DNA from: Squalus acanthias
Lineage: Eukaryota
Direction: 5' to 3'
Length of the DNA stretch: 64,000 nucleotides
Assembly: GCA_030390025.1 (NCBI GenBank)
Contig: CM059432.1
Span: forward strand, 99,698,001-99,762,000
Shown here: in pieces, positions 1 through 9,744 of the stretch
Position numbering within the stretch: the stretch's first letter is position 1
How the letters are laid out: each line of letters opens with the position of its first letter
Program-made: the position numbers and the translations under genes
The notes under the pieces: model-generated
Seen by the model: the letters and a program-made list of their open reading frames with translations, nothing else
What the model was told of the DNA's origin: nothing
Database searches by the model: none

Positions 1-772
1 GGGATCATTCAAGGGGGTGCACGCATCCATTTTGCAGCGGTCCCACCTTATGTCATAAAGTAGGAGCACGCTATGACAGGTACTGACCTCTCTGGGTGCC
101 GGAGCCGGGGTTCACACATAATACTGTGTCCCCAGCACTTGAACGCCTACTCTAGACCACAGTGCGGGTTTAAAGCTGCTGGTGTACCATGGAGGTAATG
201 TCACAAAGCCATGTTCCCCCACAGGTAGCATTCATAGGGGGTGGGACATATTGTCACCACAAGTGCGCCCCACTACCAGCATGGACAGCATTTTTGGTGT
301 CCGGTGAGTGACAGCAGTTTCTGCTTTAAACCCGAGGCAGAAGTTCAAGTGACCCAGGAACGGATTGTCCCCATTCCTGAACCCTCAACTGTTCACCTCA
401 CTAAGGGAAAACATTACCAACCTGCAAAACTATGTCACCTTCTTCGGCTATAAGATTCCTCCTCTACCCGAACACCTTACCGTCTTACTTAAAGCTGTAC
501 AGGTATCACAAAAGCATTTCTACACCCTAGAACAAAAGACACTCGAGATAGGGGCTGAGATTTTGGCCATCATGGTTCCACCCTGGTGGGACATTTTTGA
601 GAATATAGAGGTTCCTTCCTGGATTAGGATGGCCTCCCACATCTTAGTGGTTTGCCAGCTCGGGATAGTCTTGTACTTACTGTGTACAAAATGCAAGGGG
701 AAGGACAGAATGCTCCATTCCCGGCATGAGAAAGCCTGGGAAAAACATTACAATAAAGTTTATCAAGTATAG
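1..772 (+). pseudogene. env: 3' half of a retroviral-type envelope/fusion glycoprotein gene (frameshifted, 5' end outside window)
   Basis: Stitched frames give a Cys-rich ectodomain (DLSGCRSRGSHIILCPQ...PQCG...QVAFIG...WCPVSDSSFCFKP), a heptad-like region, a Trp-rich membrane-proximal segment (PPWWDIF..VPSWI), a TM helix (ILVVCQLGIVLYLLC) and a short tail. A PPT and TG-start LTR follow. Confidence 0.7.
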
Positions 773-1062
773 AACAAGCCTGAATTGATTCTAAAAGAAA
801 TAAAGAAGTTTTGTGATCGTGTGTTATTTTTTTTCTAGTTATGTATTTTGTTTTTTTTTCCCAAGTGGTGCAGGGGTGTTGGACCCCCTCTGTGCTTGGA
901 TGTGTATGTATTATTGATTCTTACCTGTATGTATTGGAACACTACACCAAAAAGGGGAATGTGTGTTTTTGGGTTTTAGTTTAGGTAATACAGGGGAAGG
1001 TTGGCTTTCGAGGATCAGGAAGTTTGTCCACCCAGGACGATACTATAGTGACTTAAAGTATC

Positions 1063-1376
1063 GAAGGGGGGGACTGTAAGGTTTCCAAAATTTGCAGATC
1101 CCCAAAACCTAAGGAAAAAGGACTTTGGAACTACCTCAGAGTGATAAAAATGCATTTGGGCCTAACCTAAGGAATTTAAGACCAAAAAACAAGTTTTGGC
1201 ATTTTAAAAACATGTCTGGGCCTGTAAAGGGACAAGGAGGTGGGTTCGACCTCTGTAAAAGCAGTTTGGTTATTGCAGTTAATTACACTGTCTGATATAG
1301 TCAAATAAGTCCAAGGTCTAGAACCAAGGGCGTGGGAGCGATTTGAACTGCTCAGAAGTCAGAGATGAAGCTTACA
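1063..1376 (+). mobile_element. Polypurine tract plus putative 3' LTR of the env-bearing element
   Basis: GAAGGGGGGG (1063-1072), 2-nt spacer, TGTAAG at 1075. The inverted CTTACA at 1371-1376 is the candidate end (uncertain). Confidence 0.55.
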
Positions 1377-1479
1377 CAAAACAGCACCCCCTACAATAGG
1401 GTAGAATGTGGGAGGCCAGCCAGGAGTATGTTGGAATAGTCAAGTCTAGAAGTAACAAAGAAGGTAAGTAAAACAACTC

Positions 1480-2045
1480 TAAAGGAATAATTTTGTGTAT
1501 GCAGACTAAATGCATTCCTAATACCAACAAGGTCAGAATAAACAACCATGTTCCTAAATGGATTAACAAAAAAAACTCCACAAATTCTGACATGAGAATA
1601 TTAATGAACATAAGAAAATGTGGAAACACATTAAAAGAGTCAACAGAGGGGGCAAGAGGGACCGAGACAAAAACATGGCAATAGGGGCTAAAAACTGCAG
1701 CAAAAAAAAGCTTCCAGCACTACAACAGCAAGAGGGCAGTCAGACAAGAGGTGAAAGCCATAAAAGATGCAAACAGGACTGAGATGAGGAGAAATTTCTT
1801 CACTCAGAGGGTGGTGAATCTTTGGAATTCTCTACCCCAGAGGGCTGTGGATGCTGAGTCATTGAGTATATTCGAGGTTGAGATCGATAGATTTATGGAC
1901 TCTAAGGGAATCAAGAGATATGGGGACTGGGCAGGAAAGTGGAGTTGAGGTAGAAGATCAGCCATGATCTTATTCAATGGTGGAGCAGGCTCGAAGGGCC
2001 AAATGGCCTACTCCTGCTTCTACTTCTTAAGTTCCTATGTTCTAA
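1480..2045 (+). mobile_element. CR1 LINE fragments (old internal piece plus 3' end)
   Basis: RTEMRRNFFTQRVVNLWNSLP C-terminus of CR1 ORF2 and a (TTCTATG)-type tail. Confidence 0.85.
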
Positions 2046-2046
2046 T

Positions 2047-2394
2047 GTAGGAAACGCGGCAGCCAATTTGCACACTGGTAGCTCCCACAAACAGCAACAT
2101 GATAATGACCAGATCATTTTTTTTTAGTGATCTTGATTGAGGGATAAATATTGGCCAGGACACCAGGGATAACTCCCTTGATCATCTTCAAAATAGTGCC
2201 AAGGGATCTTTTACATCCACCTGAGAGAGCAGACGGGGCCTCGGTTTAACATCGCATCTGAAAGACATCACCTCCGACAGTGAGGCATTCCCTGAGCACT
2301 GCACTGTAATGCAGCCTTGATTTTTGTGGCTCAAGTATCAGGAGTGGCACTTGAACCCACACGCTTCTGACTCAGAGGCGAGTGTGCTACCCAC
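2047..2394 (-). mobile_element. tRNA-derived DeuSINE (SacSINE/AmnSINE-like)
   Basis: Reverse complement of the copy at 15905-16305; contains the Deu-domain motif GTAAAAGATCCC..GGCACTATTT. Confidence 0.7.
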
Positions 2395-3105
2395 TTTTAT
2401 TTATTATATATTATTTATTGAACATTAAAAACATTTATAACTTCATAATCATTCCATTGTATCATACAAATCCATTCCGCTGCTCTGCACAGCCATTCCT
2501 CCACCACATATTAACATCAAAACCTAAAGTTTAATTTGTCTCCTATAACATATATTAATCTAATGAATTTTAAAAATTGATCATAAAATACTGGCCCAGA
2601 AATTAAAGACTGAGGGGTAAAAATTCACTTGGTTGCGCCTCCCGTTAGCGCCTTAAGAGGGCGCTAATGGGGCGTTAAGCCGCTAACGCCCGGGCGCAGC
2701 GATGTTTGCGCCGCTCGAGAACTTAACTTGAGATTGTGCGGCGGCGCTAAAACTTACCGCTGCGACCACCTGCGCGCGCAGATTATGACGTCATTCCATG
2801 GTGCAATGCCCTTGGGGCGCCCCGGAGCGGAAATTGAGTGGCGCCCCCTGCCTTACCGCCTGGCGCTTCCAACGACCGGAAGACTGGAACGCTATCAATC
2901 GGTGTGGGGCTGGGGGGGGGCGCTATTTAAAGGGGGCCTCTTCCTGTCTTTTTCTGTGGTCGACATTTATGCACCACTCGTTCTGAGAGAGAGAGAGAGA
3001 GACTTCTACATTGACTCAACGCTTTGTGAGGTAGTTTTGCCTATTCATCCTAATTTTGTTGCTACTTTAGTTGCTGTACCTCATTACTTTTCTGGCAAAG
3101 AGAAT

Positions 3106-4266
3106 ATGGGGGCTGCAATGATTGGGGGCGTCGTCCTGCTCCAGCTGAATCGGAGGATACAGAGACGCAGACAGAGAGTGGCAATGATGGCCAGACGGAG
3201 GAGGGCCATCAGGCGCATGTACAGGAGAGCTTACCCTCCCAGGGTATATCGTGAACAGCTCTCCTACATCCATATGTCCGAGGAGCTGTGTTTGCGAAGG
3301 CTGCGATTCAGCAAGGAGGTGATCACTGAGCTCTGCCACCTGCTGCAGCCAGATCTGCAGCCTCAACTGAGGTCCAGGACGTCTCTGTCGGTGGCAGTGA
3401 AGGTCACAGTGGCTTTGAACTTCTACGCCACTGGCTCATTCCAAGCTGCTGTTGGGGACCTCGCCAATATCTCCCAGTTTGCGGTGCATCGCTGCATCCG
3501 GCAGGTCACCAATGCCCTCTTCAGAAGGAGACGAGACTTCATCTCTTTCCCTATGACCCCAGACAAGCAGCGTGACCGTGCTCTGGGCTTTGCGAGGGTA
3601 GCGGGCTTCCCCATGGTGCAGGGCGCCATTGACTGCACGCATGTGGCTTTGCGTGCTCCGCGAGAGAATGCAGAGGAATTCAGGAACAGAAAGGGGTTCC
3701 ATTCCTTGAATGTGCAGTTGGTCTGTGACCACAGACAGGTGATACTCGCTGTCAATGCCCACTATCCGGGCAGCTGCCACGATGCTTTCATCCTGCGCCA
3801 GACTACTGTGGCAGAAGTTTTCGAGGCACCGCATCAGCCAGTTGGTTGGCTTCTCGGGGACAAGGGGTACGCATTGAGCACCTGGCTGATGACACTGCTC
3901 CGTACGCCAAACACCCCTGCTGATCTGCGGTACAATGAAAGCCATCAAGCAACCAGGAACATTATTGAGCGCACAATCGGCGTGCTGAAACAACGGTTCC
4001 GCTGTCTGGACCATTCCGGAGGAGCCCTGCAGTACTCGCCTGAGCAAGTTTCGAACTTCGTAGTCGTGTGCTGCATGTTGCACAACATGGCAATCCTCAG
4101 GACCCAGCCAATGCCACCAGGCCTTGTAGCACCACCAGAGGAGGAGGAGGAAGAGGAGGAAGAGGACGAGGACGATGATCATCAGCAGCACCAAGGCGGG
4201 AGGGCGGCCCACAATGGTCAAACTGCAAGGGCCGTCCGTCAACGACTAATAGCAAGCCGCTTCTAG
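3106..4266 (+). CDS. Harbinger DDE transposase (HARBI1-like), 386 aa
   Basis: Catalytic motifs GAIDCTH, LLGDKGY and IIERTIGVLKQRFRCL; N-terminal HTH region; TATA-like TATTTAAA near 2924; the same ATGGGGGCTG start is seen at 52544 and 63594. Confidence 0.93.
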   Translation: MGAAMIGGVVLLQLNRRIQRRRQRVAMMARRRRAIRRMYRRAYPPRVYREQLSYIHMSEELCLRRLRFSKEVITELCHLLQPDLQPQLRSRTSLSVAVKVTVALNFYATGSFQAAVGDLANISQFAVHRCIRQVTNALFRRRRDFISFPMTPDKQRDRALGFARVAGFPMVQGAIDCTHVALRAPRENAEEFRNRKGFHSLNVQLVCDHRQVILAVNAHYPGSCHDAFILRQTTVAEVFEAPHQPVGWLLGDKGYALSTWLMTLLRTPNTPADLRYNESHQATRNIIERTIGVLKQRFRCLDHSGGALQYSPEQVSNFVVVCCMLHNMAILRTQPMPPGLVAPPEEEEEEEEEDEDDDHQQHQGGRAAHNGQTARAVRQRLIASRF

Positions 4267-4560
4267 GGCCCCTGCCATTGCTACAAACATTAATCAACCC
4301 AGCACGCAACCCCTAAGCCGGCCAAGGCACCAATAATTCCAACCACCAGCCATGTATATTTTGAATACAGAAACTTATTTATTTTACAAACTCTGTGTGT
4401 GTCAATTCCTCATGACAAACTCATAGAAATAAACACAAAAAAACAGTCAATAACATAACTGGTTCTCACAACCTGGAGATAATGTCCAAAACACTAAACA
4501 AAAGTTGAACCATGAACCTCGGCCTTTAATAAAAAAATGACCAGCATTTTGTCACACCTC

Positions 4561-6383
4561 CTACTTTTTGCCCTTCGAGGGTGATCTCCTTCCCTTGCGC
4601 ACTTCCCCCCTTCTAACCCTACTGCTCCTCCGTAATGGGACCTCAGTGGCTGCAGCAAGGCTGGTGGAAGGCTGCTGCTCGTCAGACCCTGACACTGCAG
4701 ATGCCCCTGAAGGACGGCCTCGACCACTTCTGGGCCTGGAGGGCCCGGCCGCAGACTGCACCAACTCTGCATGGGCGGCAGCAGTCTGTCCTACAGGCGG
4801 TGGCAAGTGCAGTGGAGTAGTGACAGTGTTGGCAGCAGGAATGCTGTCATCGTGCGAGAGGACAGCAACTCCCTGCTCGCCCGACACACTGGCACTCCCA
4901 CGGGGCAGCACTTCAGCATCCGGAGCAATCTGCCGGAGAACAGATTGCTGGCCTGCTGCGGCGCGGTGACAGCCCCGGGGACATGTGCACGAACCATCGA
5001 GGTTGGCAGCAGTCTGTGCTCGCGTGGCCTCCATCTGAGTCTGTATGAGAGCAGTCAGAGGTGGGATCACGGCAGCCAGTGACTGAATTGCAGCACTAAG
5101 CGTTAGTGTGGCATCCGCCTGTGCTACAGCGAAGTGCTCCACACTCCTTGCCAGTGACTCAATGCATTCGGGCACCCTTCCCACTGCACCCATGAGCTCA
5201 GTGTGCATGCACACCGCCTGGGTGTTCATTTCTGCAATCAGCCGCTCCTCCTCTGCGTCCATTGCAGTAGGAGTGTCTGGCATACTCTCCCTCTGGGGAG
5301 AAGGCCCCCGTTCTTCCCTACCCCCCCCATGGCGTTGCTGCAGCCCGCTGGGTCCTGGAGCTTCACCATCATCAGCCCCTTCCCCCCTGCTCCCCTCCGG
5401 GGAAGGCGTGTTCCCAGTGTGGGCATGGGCTTCCTCGGGAGAGGGTGGCACTGATGCTCTGGCTTCCTCTTCCTCCTCAGCTGCAGCATCACTCCCAGTG
5501 GCAGCTTCAGGGCCCGTCTCCTCAGCTGGTGAATCACCATCTGAAAGCAGGGAGGTACAAGAGTGGCTTTAGCGTGAGGACAGGGTGGCAGTAAGGGAGG
5601 AATAAGTGCAGCGAGTTAGCAAGTTGGATTGAAAGTGTCAAAGGCTGGTGTTGTGAGGGACAAGTGGAAGGACAGAGGACAAAAAGGTGATGACCTTACC
5701 ATTGCTGTCCACAACGGGGTCGGCGTCTCCAGTGGCGACGGGACCGATCACCCAGCTTGCCACAATCCTGTGGACGCGCTCCTCCAGATCGCTGAGGGGT
5801 TGCAGCTGAGGCCGCCCTCCACCTGTCCATTGCTGCTGTCTCCTATTATGAGTCAGCTTAGCCTGCAAGAAAAAGGACAGCATCTGAGTAAATATACAGC
5901 CATGGTCTTGCCTGATGTGCCTCCCATAGGTGAATAGCCCTTACTGTATACAGCCATGGTGTTGCCTGATGTGCCTCCCATAGGTGAATAGCCCTTACTG
6001 TATGCAAAGTGTGGAATCTGTGTGTGTGTTTGGTGAAAGGGCCATAGGTGTTGGATGAGTGTTGTGCATTGGGGTTTTAAGACCCTCTGGCCATAGAGTG
6101 AGGTTGAGATGGAGGGATGGAGAGGTATTGAGAAAAAGCCACTCACCCTGACGACCCGAGTGAGGTCGTTGAACTTTTTGCGGGATTGAGTATGGGTCCT
6201 GGGCACCATGCTCCTGGAGGAGACGCTCTGAGCCACCTCCCTCCACACTCTTCTGAACTCGCGTGGCAAAGGCCTCCTGCCATTCTCAGGGAACAGCATA
6301 CATCGTCTGCGCTCCACTGCGCCAACCAGGGCATCCAAGGCCCGCTCGGTGAAGCGATGAGCGCGTTCTCTCACCCTCTCCAT
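4561..6383 (-). CDS. Harbinger Myb/SANT-like DNA-binding protein, 3 exons (6383-6147, 5862-5700, 5540-4561), 459 aa
   Basis: Exon 1 RFTERALDALV...WREVA...RKKFNDL; donors GTGAGT and GTAAG, acceptors TTGCAG and TTTCAG; 237+163+980=1380 nt in frame; basic NLS-like C-terminus. Confidence 0.88.
5893..6003. repeat. 54-bp tandem duplication in Myb intron 1
   Basis: TATACAGCCATGGT..GCCCTTACTG at 5893 and 5947, one mismatch. Confidence 0.95.
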
Positions 6384-7624
6384 GCTTGGCAGCAAAATGG
6401 ATTCACAGGTCTCTCCAGGCTGAGATTCAAGGCTGCAATGAGCAGGGTGTGGCTGGGGAGCAAGTGGCCCCCCCCGCTTTAAGAAGTGTCCGGCGCCAGT
6501 GTGTCTGTGTTCCCTCGCTAACTGGCAGCAGCTGCGCTGCGCTCGCGCGCTGAGTTAGCGCCTCACTGCTCGGCCTTTGCGCCTTAAGACAGGTGTGCAG
6601 CACTTGCTTTAGCGCTCCACTCACCTCCCGGGGCGGTAAAAGTGAAGTTTCCTGTCAGTGCCGATAATTAGCGCCAGGCGCTAATATTTGCGTCCGGACG
6701 ATATTTGCGCCCCAAATGGGGCGCGACCTAATTTCTACCCCTGAGTGTTGAAGTGGGGGTAAGGCTTCCCCGCGATCTCTCACTCCGCGTTGGCTTTTTC
6801 AGATCCAGCTCGCACGAACTTGATGTTCTAGACATCAGCTGGGCAGTGCTTGCGTATCCCACCGGCGTAGTGAATTCGTGCGAGCTGTGGGATCACGTGA
6901 CTCAGTTAGAGCCAATGGCAGCACACCATCTTCCATTCATAAGTTTCACATAAGTGCTGTGAAAGCTATGAATCTTACACACCCCCAAAATAACAGCTAA
7001 ACTTCAATTAAATTAAAAAAAAACATCACATTAATAAAATAAGTGTAGTTAAATAAATTAACCATTTTAAATAAAAAATTAAATTTTTGAAAAAATTTAA
7101 AATCTTTTAAAAAGTTATAAAAATAAACTTACCTGTCTTTAAAGTCTCTAAAAAAGATATACCTGGAAAAAAAAATTCAAAATAATACTTAATTCACTAC
7201 TTACCTTGTTAAAAGTGGGTCTTACTCCTCCTTTTTTCATTTCTAAAATCTTCCGTCCTTACCTGCGCGTCCAAAGCACTAAGTGCACAGCGTGCGCGCA
7301 GCCTGTAGCGCGCACGCGGTGCACCGAGGAACCGCCCCCTTTTCCAAAAACCAAGTGCCGGTTTTCAGCGCATGCGCAGTGCATGCAGAAAACCGGCAAT
7401 TGGAGACAGAATACGCGAGAGTACGCAGTGCGTACTCTCGCGTCGCGGGACTAATTTTTGGGCCACTATCTTTAAATTCCTTTCTGAATAAAACATCCAC
7501 AGAGCCTTAGAATGATCTTTTAACTTATATTTAAAATATTCTTTTAGATTTATTCTCCTCCCCTTAAAAAACAGAGCATTCCTTCTTTGCACAATCACAA
7601 ATCTAGCCAAACTGAACATTTTGG

Positions 7625-8140
7625 CTATACTCACTTTGCCTGTTCGGACAAGTTCATTGAAGCTCTTTCGGCACTGCAGCCAGGTTCTGCTGCACATCGA
7701 TCTGGAACTGACCTCCTGAGCAAGTTGCAGCCACACAGCTTTGGTCTGCTGGGGAGGATGGAAACAGCACCTCCTTTTGTGCTCTGGCTCCCTCCACCGG
7801 AGCATGGAGGGAGTCATCATCAAACCGTGGTGAGGCCTTGGGCCTTGAAGTCGACATTCCACGAGCTCCAAACACTTTGAAGAGAAGCAATCACAAGTGT
7901 AGAGGCTGAAAATGAAACAAGGCTGCTTGGAGCCCTTAAATGCAGCTGGAGAAATGACATCATCAGAGGCGAGTTTCAGGCCCAACAAACTAATTGGGCC
8001 AGGGGTGCGCACACGCTGGGAATCAATTGTCCAATTAGAGCAAAATAGATAACTTATCGCACCTGACAGCAGAGGCGGGAGCGGGACCCGCCGACCACCT
8101 GATCCGCCCCCAACCCACCACCTATGGTAAAATCCAGCCC
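7625..8140 (-). mobile_element. Harbinger right-end fragment with decayed Myb exon 1
   Basis: PRFDDDSL / WLQLAQEV..RTWLQCRKSFNEL split by frameshifts; TIR-like AAAATCCAGCCC ending at 8140. Confidence 0.8.
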
Positions 8141-9132
8141 AAAGAGTCTGCAAAGGGATATATAAAGATTAAGTGAATGGGCAGTAAGGTGGCAGATGGA
8201 GTATATGTAGGGAAATGTGAGGTTATTCACTTTGGTAGGAAGAATAGAAAAACAGAATATTTTTTAAATGGTGAGAAACTTTCAAATGTTGCTGTTCAGA
8301 GAGATTTGGGTTTCCTCGAGCAAGAAACACAGAAAGCTAGCATGCAGATACAGCAAGCAATAAGGAAGGCAAATGGCATGTTGGCCTTTATTGCAAGGGG
8401 GTTGGAGTATAAGAGTAAGGAAGTCTTGCTACAATTGTACAGGGCCTTGGTGAGACCACACCTGGAGTACTGTGCACAGTTTTGGTCTCCTTATCTAAGG
8501 AAGAATATACTTGCCTTGGAGGCGGTGCAACAAAGGTTCACTAGATTGATTCCTGGATGAGAGGGCTGTCCTATGATGAGAGATTGTGTAGAATGGGCCT
8601 ATACTCTCTGGAGTTTAGAAGAATGAGAGGTGATCTCATTGAAACATACAAGATTCTGAAGGAGATTGACAGGGTAGATGCTGAGAGGTTGTTTCCCCTG
8701 GCTGGGGTGTCTAGAACTAGGGGCATCGTCTCAGGATAATGGGTGAACCATTTAAGACCGGAGGGTTGTGAATCTTTGGAATACTCTGCCCCAGGGGGCT
8801 GTGAATGCTGAGTCTTTGAGTATATTTAAGGCTGAGATAGATAGATTTTTGGACTCATGGGGAATCAAGGGATATGGAGATCAGGTGGGAAAGTGGAGTT
8901 GAGGTCGAAGATCAGCCATGATCTTATTGAATGGCAGAGCAGGCTCGAGGGACCATATGGCCTACACCTGCTCTTATTTGTTATGTTCTTATGTTCTTAG
9001 GAAACAGATTGCAGGGCTATGGGGAAAGAGCAGGGGTGTGGGACTAATTGGATAGCTCTTTCAAAGAGCCGGTTCAGGCACGATGGGCCAAATGGCCTCC
9101 TTCTGTGCTATATCCTTCTAAGATTCTATGAT
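8141..9132 (+). mobile_element. 5'-truncated CR1 LINE plus a second short CR1 3' end
   Basis: [29 protein letters not shown]; tails TATGTTCT and GATTCTATGA. Confidence 0.9.
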
Positions 9133-9744
9133 CTGTCGACTGACTGCTGGCACCTGAAATTCCAGCTCCTTCCCCCCGCTTCCCCAACATGTCCCATTAT
9201 ATCATGGGTGTCATGCCAAGAGCCCTAGAAATATATTCAACGGAGCTGACCTCATTTTATCAGGTGAAGTCAGCTGTCGCCTGTACAGGCCTCAACAGTT
9301 CAGGCAGCAGTGGCATTGTGTAAAAGACCGTTGTATACAATAGTGTAAGTCAGTTTTCATTGTACTGTTTTTCTTCCGTTACCGTTAAGACGTGGGTGGA
9401 GTGTGACTTTTAATAACTCGAGAGAAACAGCACTGCAGACCATTCTAAAAATTGCAGCATTGCTAAAGTTAATCAAATCTATTTCATACCTCACAATAAT
9501 TAGCTTAATTTATATTTTTGGGCCACCAGCAAAACCGATTTAATACACATCAAACAAATGTTCATAATTACAAACTACCATGAATACCATGACGAACTGA
9601 CAGCCTTTGTAGAAATTACAGTCACTCAGTATTACAGACAGGCAGATTATCAGCCTCACAATGTAAAAATCGGCCATTCCCATTTGTTTAAGATGACCTT
9701 ACAATATGATTCTTTTTTAAGTTGGCTGGAAGCAGTAAAACACT

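Larger units (their letters stand above)
2614..6741 (+). mobile_element. Full-length autonomous PIF/Harbinger DNA transposon (4128 bp)
   Basis: TIRs GGGGTAAAAATT / AATTTCTACCCC; TGA TSD (2611-2613, 6742-6744); two convergent intact genes. Confidence 0.95.
2593..7464. mobile_element. Harbinger-type MITE (~740 bp net) interrupted by the autonomous element
   Basis: TIRs GGCCCAGAAATTA (2593) and TAATTTTTGGGCC (7452-7464); ACT TSD at 2590-2592 and 7465-7467. Confidence 0.8.

Noticed and set aside
2728..3105. 126-aa N-terminal extension of the transposase in the ORF track
   Set aside because: It starts at TTG upstream of the TATA-like box and runs through the (GA)n UTR. The ATG at 3106 is the start conserved in other copies.
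3436..4242. 268-aa antisense ORF, with similar ones over other transposase and CR1 copies
   Set aside because: Shadow ORFs from codon bias; the hydrophobic stretch is the reverse complement of the acidic tail.
7365..8153. 262-aa ORF
   Set aside because: A chance read-through of a Harbinger end, a frameshifted Myb exon and an adjacent MITE.
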